60,983 nucleotides of DNA from an uncultured Spirochaetales bacterium (GTDB taxonomy: Bacteria > Spirochaetota > Spirochaetia > SPDA01 > CAYXSD01), in contig CAYXSD010000003.1 of assembly GCA_964466335.1 (NCBI GenBank), forward strand, positions 37,450 to 98,432, written 5' to 3'. Shown here one piece after another: positions 37,522-46,642 of this stretch. The number at the start of each line of letters is the position of its first letter. Within the stretch, counting starts at the first letter, position 1. The notes under the pieces were generated by a model that ran no database searches, was not told the DNA's origin, and was given only the letters and a program-made list of their open reading frames with translations. Made by a program: the position numbers and the translations under genes.

Positions 37522-39036
37522 TTAAAGAAATTCTTTTTCTAAGAATTCCAAATCCAACTCGGGATACACAGGATATGAATCCAGAAGCTCTCCGACCTCT
37601 TGATTTATCCTCTCCTGAACGGACCTGGGAATATTGAATTTGCTGCGGCTTTCCTCGCCCTTTCGCTTTCCTGTCGTTAACGTTATTGGTGTAATGTTGG
37701 AGAGAACGTCCTTTAATAATCGAGCAATTCCTCGCATTTCATCCCTTCCCATTCCAAGAGTAGTCACTGCTGGGGTCCCTACCCTTAATCCGCTGGTATA
37801 CCAAGGTCCATTTGGATCGAAGGGAAGTGAATTCCTGTTCAGGGTAATCCCGCAGAGTCTCATGGCGTCCTCTGCTTGCCTGCCCGTTACCCCGTAAGGC
37901 CTAACATCAATGAGAAAGAGGTGGTTATCCGTCCCGCCAGTGGCAATGGTCATGCCCAGACGCTTGCACTCTTCCGCCATGGTCCTGGCATTATCTATAA
38001 TCTTTCTACTGTAAGCCTTAAACACTTCCGTCTCCGCCTCAGCGAAGGCGACAGCTTTAGCCGCCAATACATGTGGAAGCGGCCCGCCGATTACCATAGG
38101 ACAGCCCTTGTCAATTGCCTCTGCAAATTCCTTTTTCGAAAGGATTATTCCTCCTCTCGGCCCCCTTAGCGTTTTATGGGTGGTACTGGTAACTACATGA
38201 GCGTAGGAAACCGGGTCAGCTTCTCCGGATATAGCACCACCGGCAACCAAACCGCCGAAGTGGGCCATATCAGCCATAAGTACCGCGTTCACCTCATCCG
38301 CGATTTCTCTCATTTTTCTGAAATTGATAAGTCGAGGGTAGGCGCTGTAACCGGCAAGGAGAACTAAGGGCTTAATTTCCTTGGCCATATTCCGTATTTC
38401 TTCGTAATCAATAAGACCAGTTTCTCTGTTTACTCCGTAGGTGTAAGCCTCGAACATGTGTCCCGAAACGTTGGCCCTGTACCCGTGAGTAAGGTGCCCG
38501 CCCGAATAGTAGCCCATTCCCAATAATTTTTGGTTTCCGGTTATTTTCCGTATTTTCTTCCAGTCTTCCAGACTGAGATTGGCCGGATTTAATTCGCCGA
38601 GCTTTTCCAAAGCCGGGACCTCCACTCGGGTATGTATTATTGCCCAGTAGGCCATGAGATTGGCGTCAGCGCCGCTATGGGGCTGAACATAGGCGTGTTC
38701 AGCATTAAATAGTTTTTTTACCAGATCAACGGCACGCTTTTCAATGAAATCAACATTATCACAACCGGCATAAAATCGATGATACGGTGAGCCTTCAGCG
38801 TATTTATCCGTTAATAGGTTGGCCATAGCCATCTGTGTAGCATAAGATGAGTAATTTTCGCTGGCAATAAGCTTAAGATACCCTCGTTGGTCCTGCAGCT
38901 CTTTCACAATGGCCGAAGCGATTGCCGGATTCTGAGCCGCGATGTTACAGAGGTTTGATAAATACCCAATAAATGCGGTATTTACCCCGGAAACATCCCG
39001 GTCTTCTAAGTATCGATGCAATGCGGTACAACCCAT
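37522..39036 (-). CDS. glyA: Serine hydroxymethyltransferase, long form
   Basis: LIASEN, KYAEG, VQPHSGA, GGHLTHG, STTHKTLRGPRGG, SGLRVGTP. Confidence 0.97.
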   Translation of the reverse strand: MGCTALHRYLEDRDVSGVNTAFIGYLSNLCNIAAQNPAIASAIVKELQDQRGYLKLIASENYSSYATQMAMANLLTDKYAEGSPYHRFYAGCDNVDFIEKRAVDLVKKLFNAEHAYVQPHSGADANLMAYWAIIHTRVEVPALEKLGELNPANLSLEDWKKIRKITGNQKLLGMGYYSGGHLTHGYRANVSGHMFEAYTYGVNRETGLIDYEEIRNMAKEIKPLVLLAGYSAYPRLINFRKMREIADEVNAVLMADMAHFGGLVAGGAISGEADPVSYAHVVTSTTHKTLRGPRGGIILSKKEFAEAIDKGCPMVIGGPLPHVLAAKAVAFAEAETEVFKAYSRKIIDNARTMAEECKRLGMTIATGGTDNHLFLIDVRPYGVTGRQAEDAMRLCGITLNRNSLPFDPNGPWYTSGLRVGTPAVTTLGMGRDEMRGIARLLKDVLSNITPITLTTGKRKGEESRSKFNIPRSVQERINQEVGELLDSYPVYPELDLEFLEKEFL

Positions 39037-39053
39037 GGTCTCTCCTTCACAGC

Positions 39054-39096
39054 AATTCGTAAAGGTGAAGTCTAAAAGACTTCACCTTTACGAATT
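39054..39096. repeat. Perfect 20-bp hairpin just upstream of the glyA RBS
   Basis: AATTCGTAAAGGTGAAGTCT-AAA-AGACTTCACCTTTACGAATT. Confidence 0.9.
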
Positions 39097-39143
39097 TGCC
39101 TCCAATCCTTTGAATTACAAACAAATTCAAGGAAATTGAAGGT

Positions 39144-39188
39144 CAGTTCTCAATCTGGAAGGCCTTAGGTCTTTCAGATTGAGAACTG
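39144..39188 (+). repeat. 22-bp hairpin, repeat family B copy 1
   Basis: CAGTTCTCAATCTGGAAGGCCT-T-AGGTCTTTCAGATTGAGAACTG. Both mismatches are G-U pairs on the plus strand. Confidence 0.85.
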
Positions 39189-39250
39189 CTGTCTCCTTCA
39201 GACATACTGTATATCATTTTATGGGGGACCGCTTCAAGATAGCCTAAATT

Positions 39251-40519
39251 TTACACCACCTTTTCCCTCAGCCTGGTGAGGCGGTCTGCTAGGAGGCGGG
39301 CCAAAAAAATGCCGTAGTGGGGGTTCTCCTTAACTACTGAGAGAAATTCATCGCGGGAAATTTTAATAAGCACACTTTTCCCGGAGGAGATGACCGTAGC
39401 TGAACGTTTGTCATCCCGAAGAAAGGACATCTCTCCGAGGAAAATGTCATCCGCTGTTAGGGTGGAAAGATGCTTCTTTCCACCCATTACTCTGAATCTA
39501 CCGGAAACGATGTAGTATAGATTGTTTGACTCTTCTCCTTCGCGAAAAACGATTTGGTTATTCTTAAAGGTTATTTCCTTCTGTTTCTCAAACGCCTGGG
39601 GAATTTTAACCTTTTCATTTTCGTTGTGCTGGAAATCAAAGGATACCTGATTTCCCCGGCTATTGTATCGAACGTTACTAGCGTAAAAACCGGCCATTTT
39701 AATTCCATGACCATGCAGTTCAAGACGTTTCGCCGGAGAGGAGGGATCTAGGTACATCTTCCAGTTAAAGCCGTTTCCCTCATCTTGAATAGTAAAAGAA
39801 GATTTTCTAGGGGTAATTTTATAAGAGAAATAGACTCTCTTTTTTCGTACTGTTTGCAACTTATTTTTTTCCCGTATTAGATCGATGATATTGCCCCTCT
39901 CTTCTAACCAGGCAGTTTTTTCATCATAACTAATAACACAATTACCATGTTCAATGGCATTCATTAAGAGTTCATGAATTGCCACATGAAGACGTTCGCG
40001 GTTATCATTATTAGTGTAGTTACAGTTATAGAGATAGTTGGTAACCAGGTTTGTATATGTCCTTACATCTAAAGGATCATTTTCCATGGTAAAGGTCCCT
40101 GTTATTGTCTTCATAAAACTGGTGTGAAGGTTCCGCTGGAAGAGAAAGCGTCTATTCTTTTTTATAATTCGCAGTACTCGTGGAAGGTCTTTTTCTAATT
40201 CACTGTAAGTGATAATACTGATTATATTTGACCCTCGCATCCATTCTATTAGCTCTTTCTCATAATCTGATGTATAGAGACCTAAAACACCACCGTAGTG
40301 TAACCAGGTATCATTTTTTATCTCCTCTAAAATTGAATGAGAAGCTTCACTTCCAAAGTTAATAATGCTTAGTTCGGGCATTTCAAATTTTATGTAGTCG
40401 AGAAAGACATCCTTATCCCGGACAAATACCGGCCGAAAAAATCCCCCGTTTTTTTTCGCCTCTCCTTGAATGATCTCTTTAATGCTTCCTTCGACGTTGA
40501 ATACAGGTACTTTTTTCAT
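39251..40519 (-). CDS. Pseudo-receiver + RsbW-like HATPase + cyclic-nucleotide-binding domain protein
   Basis: HELLMNAIEHGN, IQDEGNGF, HGHGI; C-terminal FREGEESNNLYYIVSG..FLGEMSFL..RSATV. Confidence 0.8.
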   Translation of the reverse strand: MKKVPVFNVEGSIKEIIQGEAKKNGGFFRPVFVRDKDVFLDYIKFEMPELSIINFGSEASHSILEEIKNDTWLHYGGVLGLYTSDYEKELIEWMRGSNIISIITYSELEKDLPRVLRIIKKNRRFLFQRNLHTSFMKTITGTFTMENDPLDVRTYTNLVTNYLYNCNYTNNDNRERLHVAIHELLMNAIEHGNCVISYDEKTAWLEERGNIIDLIREKNKLQTVRKKRVYFSYKITPRKSSFTIQDEGNGFNWKMYLDPSSPAKRLELHGHGIKMAGFYASNVRYNSRGNQVSFDFQHNENEKVKIPQAFEKQKEITFKNNQIVFREGEESNNLYYIVSGRFRVMGGKKHLSTLTADDIFLGEMSFLRDDKRSATVISSGKSVLIKISRDEFLSVVKENPHYGIFLARLLADRLTRLREKVV

Positions 40520-40596
40520 ACGTAATTACTTTATCGGTTCAGCTACTTTCAAAATTAGTTGACTTTGTAAGAAAACAATCATCCGCTAACCTACGC

Positions 40597-41721
40597 TCAA
40601 AAGGCGGCCCTATACCCTAAGGTAAAACAAGTCTCAGTTTCTCTCCCGCTTATGTATGAGATAATATAGGCTGACAGATTGTTCCAGAAATGCAGTGCAA
40701 TGGATTTCTCGAAATTGTACTCCTCCTTCCTTGTTATCATTGCCGAATACAAGCCAAACCCCAAACCCTCCAAGCTCCCAATAATTGTTCTTTCCGCCGA
40801 CCTCGCCGGTATCAAGATATTTCCCATTCTTGAAAACCCAAAAAAGATAGAAGAGGTTACTGGTCCGGTCCTGTCCATGAGAACACCCCTGAAAACTGCC
40901 TCATCGGTTACGGCGGCTGCTAAAGAAAATAGTACTCCGCTTCCCAGAGCCATAGCAAGTCCACCCCATGGGCTTATGGAAATATTCCAAAAATCCACCT
41001 CGGAAGAACGGAAAAAGGAATCTATGTCGTTGAAATCGGTACCCATCAATCTGGAAGATGTGGTGAAAGTAAGAGGTGCGATAACCTCAAAAGAGAGGAA
41101 GTTTCTCGGTAAGAAAGGGGCCCCCAGGGCATTACTTAACGGCAGCAGCCTTTTCTTTTTACTGCCGGCCGGTTCCATTCTCCCCTTACCATATGTATCC
41201 ATCCATACCCGATGGGCCTCGTACTGACTATACGCACCAAGCATGAGACCATATACCATTAAAGCCGAACTGGAAAAGAGCAATGCGTAATCAACTGTAT
41301 CTAATTCCCGCTTCCCGAATTGAACAACTGTAGTTTCCCCCCTTTCATCTTTTAGAACATTAAAATGAAGCCCATCTAGGTGCTGTGTCAGTGTGTAGAG
41401 AAAAAGTCCTCCTCCCGCCAAGGTAACCGGTAAGGACCATACGTACATCATTCCCGCCCTACCCTGCCCAAGGGTAAATTGAGCAGTTCCCGGGACAAAC
41501 GTATTTAGGAGCATCATCTTCGTGTAATCCGGTATCTCTTGGGCTTCAATGGATTCTTGATTTTTTGTTTTTTCTTCCTCCTCCGAAGCGGAAAGAGGAG
41601 TAATACCCTGAATCATAAACACAAGAAAGATTGGTATAATCAGAATCTGTGCTGTCCGGTATCTAAAGAAAAAGGTTCGTGTCATACGACTTATTGTAGG
41701 GGAAAAAATAATCCGGGGCAA
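40597..41721 (-). CDS. CPBP/Abi-like membrane protein with degenerate motifs
   Basis: DEAVFRG, FFGFSR and LHFWNN lie at the three CPBP motif positions; multiple TM segments. Confidence 0.65.
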   Translation of the reverse strand: MPRIIFSPTISRMTRTFFFRYRTAQILIIPIFLVFMIQGITPLSASEEEEKTKNQESIEAQEIPDYTKMMLLNTFVPGTAQFTLGQGRAGMMYVWSLPVTLAGGGLFLYTLTQHLDGLHFNVLKDERGETTVVQFGKRELDTVDYALLFSSSALMVYGLMLGAYSQYEAHRVWMDTYGKGRMEPAGSKKKRLLPLSNALGAPFLPRNFLSFEVIAPLTFTTSSRLMGTDFNDIDSFFRSSEVDFWNISISPWGGLAMALGSGVLFSLAAAVTDEAVFRGVLMDRTGPVTSSIFFGFSRMGNILIPARSAERTIIGSLEGLGFGLYSAMITRKEEYNFEKSIALHFWNNLSAYIISYISGRETETCFTLGYRAAF

Positions 41722-41732
41722 CGGTCAACAGA

Positions 41733-41762
41733 AGTTCTCAATCTTAAAAGGCCTAAGGCCTT
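41733..41762 (+). repeat. Repeat family B, partial copy 2
   Basis: AGTTCTCAATCT-TAA-AAGGCCTAAGGCCTT, compared with AGTTCTCAATCT-GG-AAGGCCTTAGGTCTT at 39145. Confidence 0.65.
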
Positions 41763-41799
41763 CCTTCCGAGATCAGCAATGCTTAATTGCTGGGTCTTC

Positions 41800-42246
41800 T
41801 TAGGGTCGTTTTAGAGAATTATCACGTTTCCTTCCGAATAGTGCAAGAAAAAGGAAGAAAATGCATCCAAGACTTATAGAAAGAGTACGAAACAGTTCTT
41901 CATTAGCGTTATACTGTAGTTCTCCTTTTATATTTCTTCCAACTGAATAAAAACTCTCCTCTTTCTTATATCCTTCAGGACGAATAATACCCTCATCCTC
42001 TTCGTAGTACCCAAGAACCCGGGCATTTAAAGTTACCTTCTCTGGACTCTCCTGGAGTGCTGTAAGCTCATCCTTAAGTTCCAGATTGTGTTTCTTTAGC
42101 TCAGATACGTTTTTCGCCAGTTTTTCTCTGTGGGAAATTAGTTTTTCAGTAGCATAAATACCGGTATTCCCAAAGCCAATATCCAGCAAAGTGTAGAGGG
42201 AAAAACCAATATATATGGCGACAGCAAGACGCAGAAGGGTCCTCAT
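41800..42246 (-). CDS. Septum formation initiator (FtsB/DivIC-like)
   Basis: TM, FGNTG, coiled coil, ARVLGYYEEDE; extra C-terminal TM. Confidence 0.75.
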   Translation of the reverse strand: MRTLLRLAVAIYIGFSLYTLLDIGFGNTGIYATEKLISHREKLAKNVSELKKHNLELKDELTALQESPEKVTLNARVLGYYEEDEGIIRPEGYKKEESFYSVGRNIKGELQYNANEELFRTLSISLGCIFFLFLALFGRKRDNSLKRP

Positions 42247-42294
42247 ATTAGATTTTACGGTTCTTTTTCTTCCTTTCTTTAATGAGGTTCTTGC

Positions 42295-42357
42295 AAAATT
42301 ACCTTTTTTAATAACCTCTATCGCGGGTCGATTTTTCTATTTCATTATACTATAATG
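42295..42357 (-). repeat. Dispersed ~62-bp intergenic element, copy 2
   Basis: The minus strand reads CATTATAGTATAATGAAATAGAAAAATCGACCC-N15-AAAAAAGGTAATTTT. Confidence 0.8.
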
Positions 42358-42547
42358 TATTAGAGAAATCTAAAGATAGAACCGCATTCAAATCACTAAT
42401 TCTTATATTGGTTGATTTGAGAGCAGCTGTACTATTTATACCATTTTAGGGGGTACGCTAGATCATCTTCTTAGATATTGCGAATTCTTACGTTTTGCGA
42501 TATATTCTATTCAGAGATGTGTGTAATGCTAATGAGGCAGAAAGTGA

Positions 42548-42575
42548 TCAATTGTTCCCTGCTATCTTCCGATAA
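42548..42575 (+). promoter_or_regulatory. Candidate sigma28 (FliA) promoter
   Basis: TCAA-N16-TCCGATAA, 36 nt upstream of ATG 42612. Confidence 0.5.
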
Positions 42576-42611
42576 AGACACTAGTGAAAAGTACTTTTTC
42601 AGGAGCAAATA

Positions 42612-45503
42612 ATGGCCTCAGAAGAAAAAAACAACGCCGCAACCAACAATGACGTATCCCTGGATGAATTCGATTTCGAGGACTTCGAACCCGAAACAAT
42701 GGATAACTCTGAGGAAGATATTGAGCAGTACGGTGTCTGGGTAAAGTCAGGTCCCGAAGATATTGATATGGTTACCCCTCCTTCTTCTGAAGAAATTGAA
42801 GCGGATTTTGACACCTTGGAAAACGCGACCATCCTTACTGAAGAAGAAGAGGCCCTTCTTGCCGATCTTGAAGAGGAAGCACCGGATGAGGAAGAAGTCA
42901 TTAGTGATATAGAATCCATGGAAGTACCGAAAGAAGAGGAAACAACAGCTGAAAAAGAAGAATTTGATCTTGCAGGACCGGATTCTATTGAAGGGGACAA
43001 AGATGCGGAGGATGAATTAGAAAATCTCGATGAATTTGAAATAGAAGACTTTGATGGTTCTCCGGATATAGAATCCGACATGGAGGAACTCTCCCTGGAA
43101 GATGAATCAACTGAAAGAACGGAGGAAGAAGAACTTACATTGGGAAGTTCTGAAGACGAACTTCATATTCCCGAGGAAATTGACTCTGTTTCCGAATCTG
43201 CCGATGAAGACTTAGAAGACCTTGACGATTTTGATATCCCCGACCTTGAGGGAGAAGAGGATATCGATATAGGACCCACAGATACTGAGACCCTTGAAAC
43301 ATCTTTCACATCGGAGGAAGAGGACGACCTCATTGAAATCCCCCTTGGAGAGGCTAAAGACGAGGAAAATGATGAATTAGAGCCTACTGAATTATCAGAA
43401 GAGTCAGAAGAAGCACCTGCGGAAGAAGTTCAGAAAGCCGAAGATAGTTTAGAAGAGATTGATATTGAAGAATTGCAAGAATCTGATTACGGCGAGGAAC
43501 TCCCTGAACTTGCTATAGATGATTTGGAAGAAGAGAATGCTCCTCTTCTCGAAATTGAAGATGAAGACGAAGCTATAGAGGATGATCTATCTTCCTCCTT
43601 AGAAGAAGATATCGCAGTTGAAGAAATCGAAGAACTTGAAGGAGATGAAGATATTTTATCGGAGTCTTCAGATGATGATGAAATGATATCCCCCATACCT
43701 GAGGCCTCCATTGAGGAGTCTACTATCGAAGAAGAACCATCAGAACCTGATAGCGCCCCCATACCCGGCGAATCATCTTCTGATAATTCTTCAGGAATCC
43801 TTACAAAAATCGAAGCAGAGCTTCATTCTATAAAAGATGAACTCTCCTCTTTAAAATCTGAGCTCTCGACACTTCGAGATATAAAAACAAAAGATACTGT
43901 TGAAAAAGAACATAAGGTTGAAGATACGGAAGAAGAAGGTGCGGGAGGATTCTTTGAGGAGGAAGAAGATGAAACCATTGCTCTCACCGGAGATGAATTA
44001 GATAATATACTCAACACCGCTGATGTAAAAGAAGAAACTGGAGAAGCAGAATCTCTCGACGAAGATGAAGAAACTCTCACCGATGATGAGCTCGATAATA
44101 TTTTAGAAACCGCAGATTTTGATCAAAAAGAAGGAAAATCAGAAGACGTTGAAGAAGATTCAACAATAACAGATCAAACCAAGCATGATGCAGAAGAAAC
44201 TGATGAGGATGAAACGCTAACCTTAGATGGACTTAACAACATCATTCAAACTTCGGATTTCGATGAACAACACGCGGCTTTAGAAGCACCTGAAGAACTT
44301 GAAGATGAAATAACACTTGAAGGACCTGAAGAACTCTCAGATAGGGAAGATATTATCGACCTCGAAGATAATGAGGAAATTAAAGAGCCGGGACCTTCTT
44401 TTGAAGATGTGGAAGAAAATAACAATCTTATTGATGCTATCGATGAAGTTTCTTCTGAAGCTGAGGAACAAACACCTGAACCGGAGGACCATGTTTCAGT
44501 AGAAACGACTGAGGATGAAGATACTTTGGAATTTGAAACTGATATTTCAGATACTGACATCTCAGACACTGCTACATCCGATGAAGAGGAAGGACTTGAT
44601 ATAATTACCGAACATGAAGAACCTCTTAAAGAAGATGTAGAGGATTACGAACTTTCCATTGAAGACGAAGAAGCACAAGGAGAGGATGAAAGAGGCACCG
44701 ATGAATTATCTCTCTCAGATGAACATGAATTAATAATCGATGATGCAGCATACAACGATAGTTCTGAGTCATCCACAGAGCAGGAAGAAACGCTTTACTC
44801 TGATTTGAATGAGGGGGATGAAATTGAAATTGATGTACCTGAAATCGAGGAGATAGAGACTGATCAGATACCAGATGAACCTGTTTCTCAAGAACCGGAA
44901 TTAGATATTGAAGAACCAAAATCGGAAGACCAACCTTCAGAAGAAGTAGAACTTTCTTATGAAGAAGAAATAGTACCTGAAGAAGAGATAGTACCTGGTA
45001 TTGAAGAAGAAGGTGAGTTAGAAGAAGACCTTCCTGAAGATTTTCAGATAGAAGAAGACATAGAAGAGACCGCCATAGATGAACCTCTTGAAGAAATTGC
45101 TATAGAAGAACCTATAGAAGATGAAGAAGAGATCTTCCAAGAAGAAGATCATAAAGATTCAGAAGGAATAACCATAGATTCTACAGAAATTATTGAAGAG
45201 ACAAGCATAGAAGAACCCCTGTCGGAAGTTACTGTTTCTGAGGAACCAATAGATACAATTGAAACTGAATCTATGGATGAATCAGTAGAGATAGAAGATA
45301 CCTATAAAAGTTCCAAACCAGCGGAGGATACAGAAACAAAAGAATCTCAGATACCAGAAGAACTGAAATCTGAAATTAAATCTGTGCTTAGTTATATGGA
45401 CCAGTTATTAGAGTCCCTTCCTGAAGAGAAAATTGAAGAATTTGCAAAATCCGAGCACTTTGAAGTCTATAAAAAATTATTTGAAGAACTTGGTTTAAAA
45501 TAA
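42612..45503 (+). CDS. Very acidic, largely disordered protein with helical islands
   Basis: D/E-dominated sequence; EQYGVWVKSGP near the N-terminus; central coiled coil; three LTxDxLxNI repeats; folded C-terminal EIKSVLSYMDQLLESLPEEKIEEFA..YKKLFEELG. RBS AGGAG. Confidence 0.85.
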   Translation: MASEEKNNAATNNDVSLDEFDFEDFEPETMDNSEEDIEQYGVWVKSGPEDIDMVTPPSSEEIEADFDTLENATILTEEEEALLADLEEEAPDEEEVISDIESMEVPKEEETTAEKEEFDLAGPDSIEGDKDAEDELENLDEFEIEDFDGSPDIESDMEELSLEDESTERTEEEELTLGSSEDELHIPEEIDSVSESADEDLEDLDDFDIPDLEGEEDIDIGPTDTETLETSFTSEEEDDLIEIPLGEAKDEENDELEPTELSEESEEAPAEEVQKAEDSLEEIDIEELQESDYGEELPELAIDDLEEENAPLLEIEDEDEAIEDDLSSSLEEDIAVEEIEELEGDEDILSESSDDDEMISPIPEASIEESTIEEEPSEPDSAPIPGESSSDNSSGILTKIEAELHSIKDELSSLKSELSTLRDIKTKDTVEKEHKVEDTEEEGAGGFFEEEEDETIALTGDELDNILNTADVKEETGEAESLDEDEETLTDDELDNILETADFDQKEGKSEDVEEDSTITDQTKHDAEETDEDETLTLDGLNNIIQTSDFDEQHAALEAPEELEDEITLEGPEELSDREDIIDLEDNEEIKEPGPSFEDVEENNNLIDAIDEVSSEAEEQTPEPEDHVSVETTEDEDTLEFETDISDTDISDTATSDEEEGLDIITEHEEPLKEDVEDYELSIEDEEAQGEDERGTDELSLSDEHELIIDDAAYNDSSESSTEQEETLYSDLNEGDEIEIDVPEIEEIETDQIPDEPVSQEPELDIEEPKSEDQPSEEVELSYEEEIVPEEEIVPGIEEEGELEEDLPEDFQIEEDIEETAIDEPLEEIAIEEPIEDEEEIFQEEDHKDSEGITIDSTEIIEETSIEEPLSEVTVSEEPIDTIETESMDESVEIEDTYKSSKPAEDTETKESQIPEELKSEIKSVLSYMDQLLESLPEEKIEEFAKSEHFEVYKKLFEELGLK

Positions 45504-45507
45504 TAAA

Positions 45508-46638
45508 ATGGGATTGTTAGACATAGCACTTACTCTACACGATGATGACGCCCCAATAAATAAGGGACTCTTCTATAAGGCTTCACAGGTCAAAATAAAT
45601 CCTTTAGAACTAATCGAAAACACTATTTTACTCCAAAAATCTGCCATAACATTTACTGGAGATGGCCATAGAGAGACTGAGGATAGTACCGAAACCAATC
45701 AAAATGAATTCTTTATCAATCGCGAATTATTTTCGACAAAATTGGAAGAGTTCCCATCGAATGCGGATACACCTTTATATTTGTTTTCATTCCTTAAGAA
45801 GGAATTGGGTATTGAGAAAGGATCCCTTTTACTTCTCGATCCTGAAAAAAAAGTATATTTTCCTTGGGCTATTACCGGATATGATGAAACGACCAATCAT
45901 AGATTACGCATTCCCTACGAATTATTACAATTAATACTTACTACAGAAGAAGAGCCTGTTTTTATTCTTTCCACTCTTAATAATGATACTAAACAAGAAA
46001 AAATAAAAAAGTATTTCAGTTTGAGAGAGTTTTCCGTACTTGAACGTCTACTTTTTTTGCCTTTAGAGATTAACGATGAAGTTTTCGGTCTGCTTATAGC
46101 TACATCTGCAAAATCTTTTTCTTCTGAAGACGAACTTCTCAATCTACTCAAAGAGAATCAGGAAAAAATATCAAACATTATCTATCAAAGTAGAGCTGAC
46201 CATCTTTTTTCCACTTCGGTTTCCTCATTAAAAGAAAAAGATGAGGCCATTACTACAGTATCCCATTTAATAGCTACCCTGCCGCATAATTCTACAGGCT
46301 TAGTACTTTTCGTATTCGATTTAAACAAAATTATTAAACAAATTCTTAAAAACAACGAAGATGCAGATTCTTTAAGAATTCGCGAAGATGTGCTTAGGAT
46401 CTTAACACCCATGATCAGTGAAAATGGGTCTATCGTTACTTTGGATACTCTTCAATTACTCATTGTTATACCAAAATCCCGATTACGGCGAAATGATCTT
46501 TTTGCTCATCAAATAGCTTCAGCTATAAAGGGATACTTTTCTCTTCCAAATAGTGCCCCAAATCCTATTTCACATATAAAAGCTTTTCCGGATGATGGGA
46601 CAAACGCTGAAGAACTTCTCTCGGATATTTTAAACTAA
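45508..46638 (+). CDS. GAF-like plus degenerate GGDEF-like domain protein
   Basis: GSLLLLDPEKKVYFPWAITG and LLFLPLEINDEVFGLLI (GAF-like); C-terminal FPDDGTNAEELL. Confidence 0.55.
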   Translation: MGLLDIALTLHDDDAPINKGLFYKASQVKINPLELIENTILLQKSAITFTGDGHRETEDSTETNQNEFFINRELFSTKLEEFPSNADTPLYLFSFLKKELGIEKGSLLLLDPEKKVYFPWAITGYDETTNHRLRIPYELLQLILTTEEEPVFILSTLNNDTKQEKIKKYFSLREFSVLERLLFLPLEINDEVFGLLIATSAKSFSSEDELLNLLKENQEKISNIIYQSRADHLFSTSVSSLKEKDEAITTVSHLIATLPHNSTGLVLFVFDLNKIIKQILKNNEDADSLRIREDVLRILTPMISENGSIVTLDTLQLLIVIPKSRLRRNDLFAHQIASAIKGYFSLPNSAPNPISHIKAFPDDGTNAEELLSDILN

Positions 46639-46642
46639 TTAT

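Noticed and set aside
40531-40557. sigma28-like TAATTTTG-N11-ACCGATAA upstream of the cNMP gene
   Set aside because: The -35 is weak and the site would leave only about a 5-nt leader with no SD. Not supportable without TSS data.
42599-44919. Ser-rich minus-strand ORFs opposite the acidic protein
   Set aside because: They are antisense shadows of GAA/GAT-rich codons, with no RBS or domain features.
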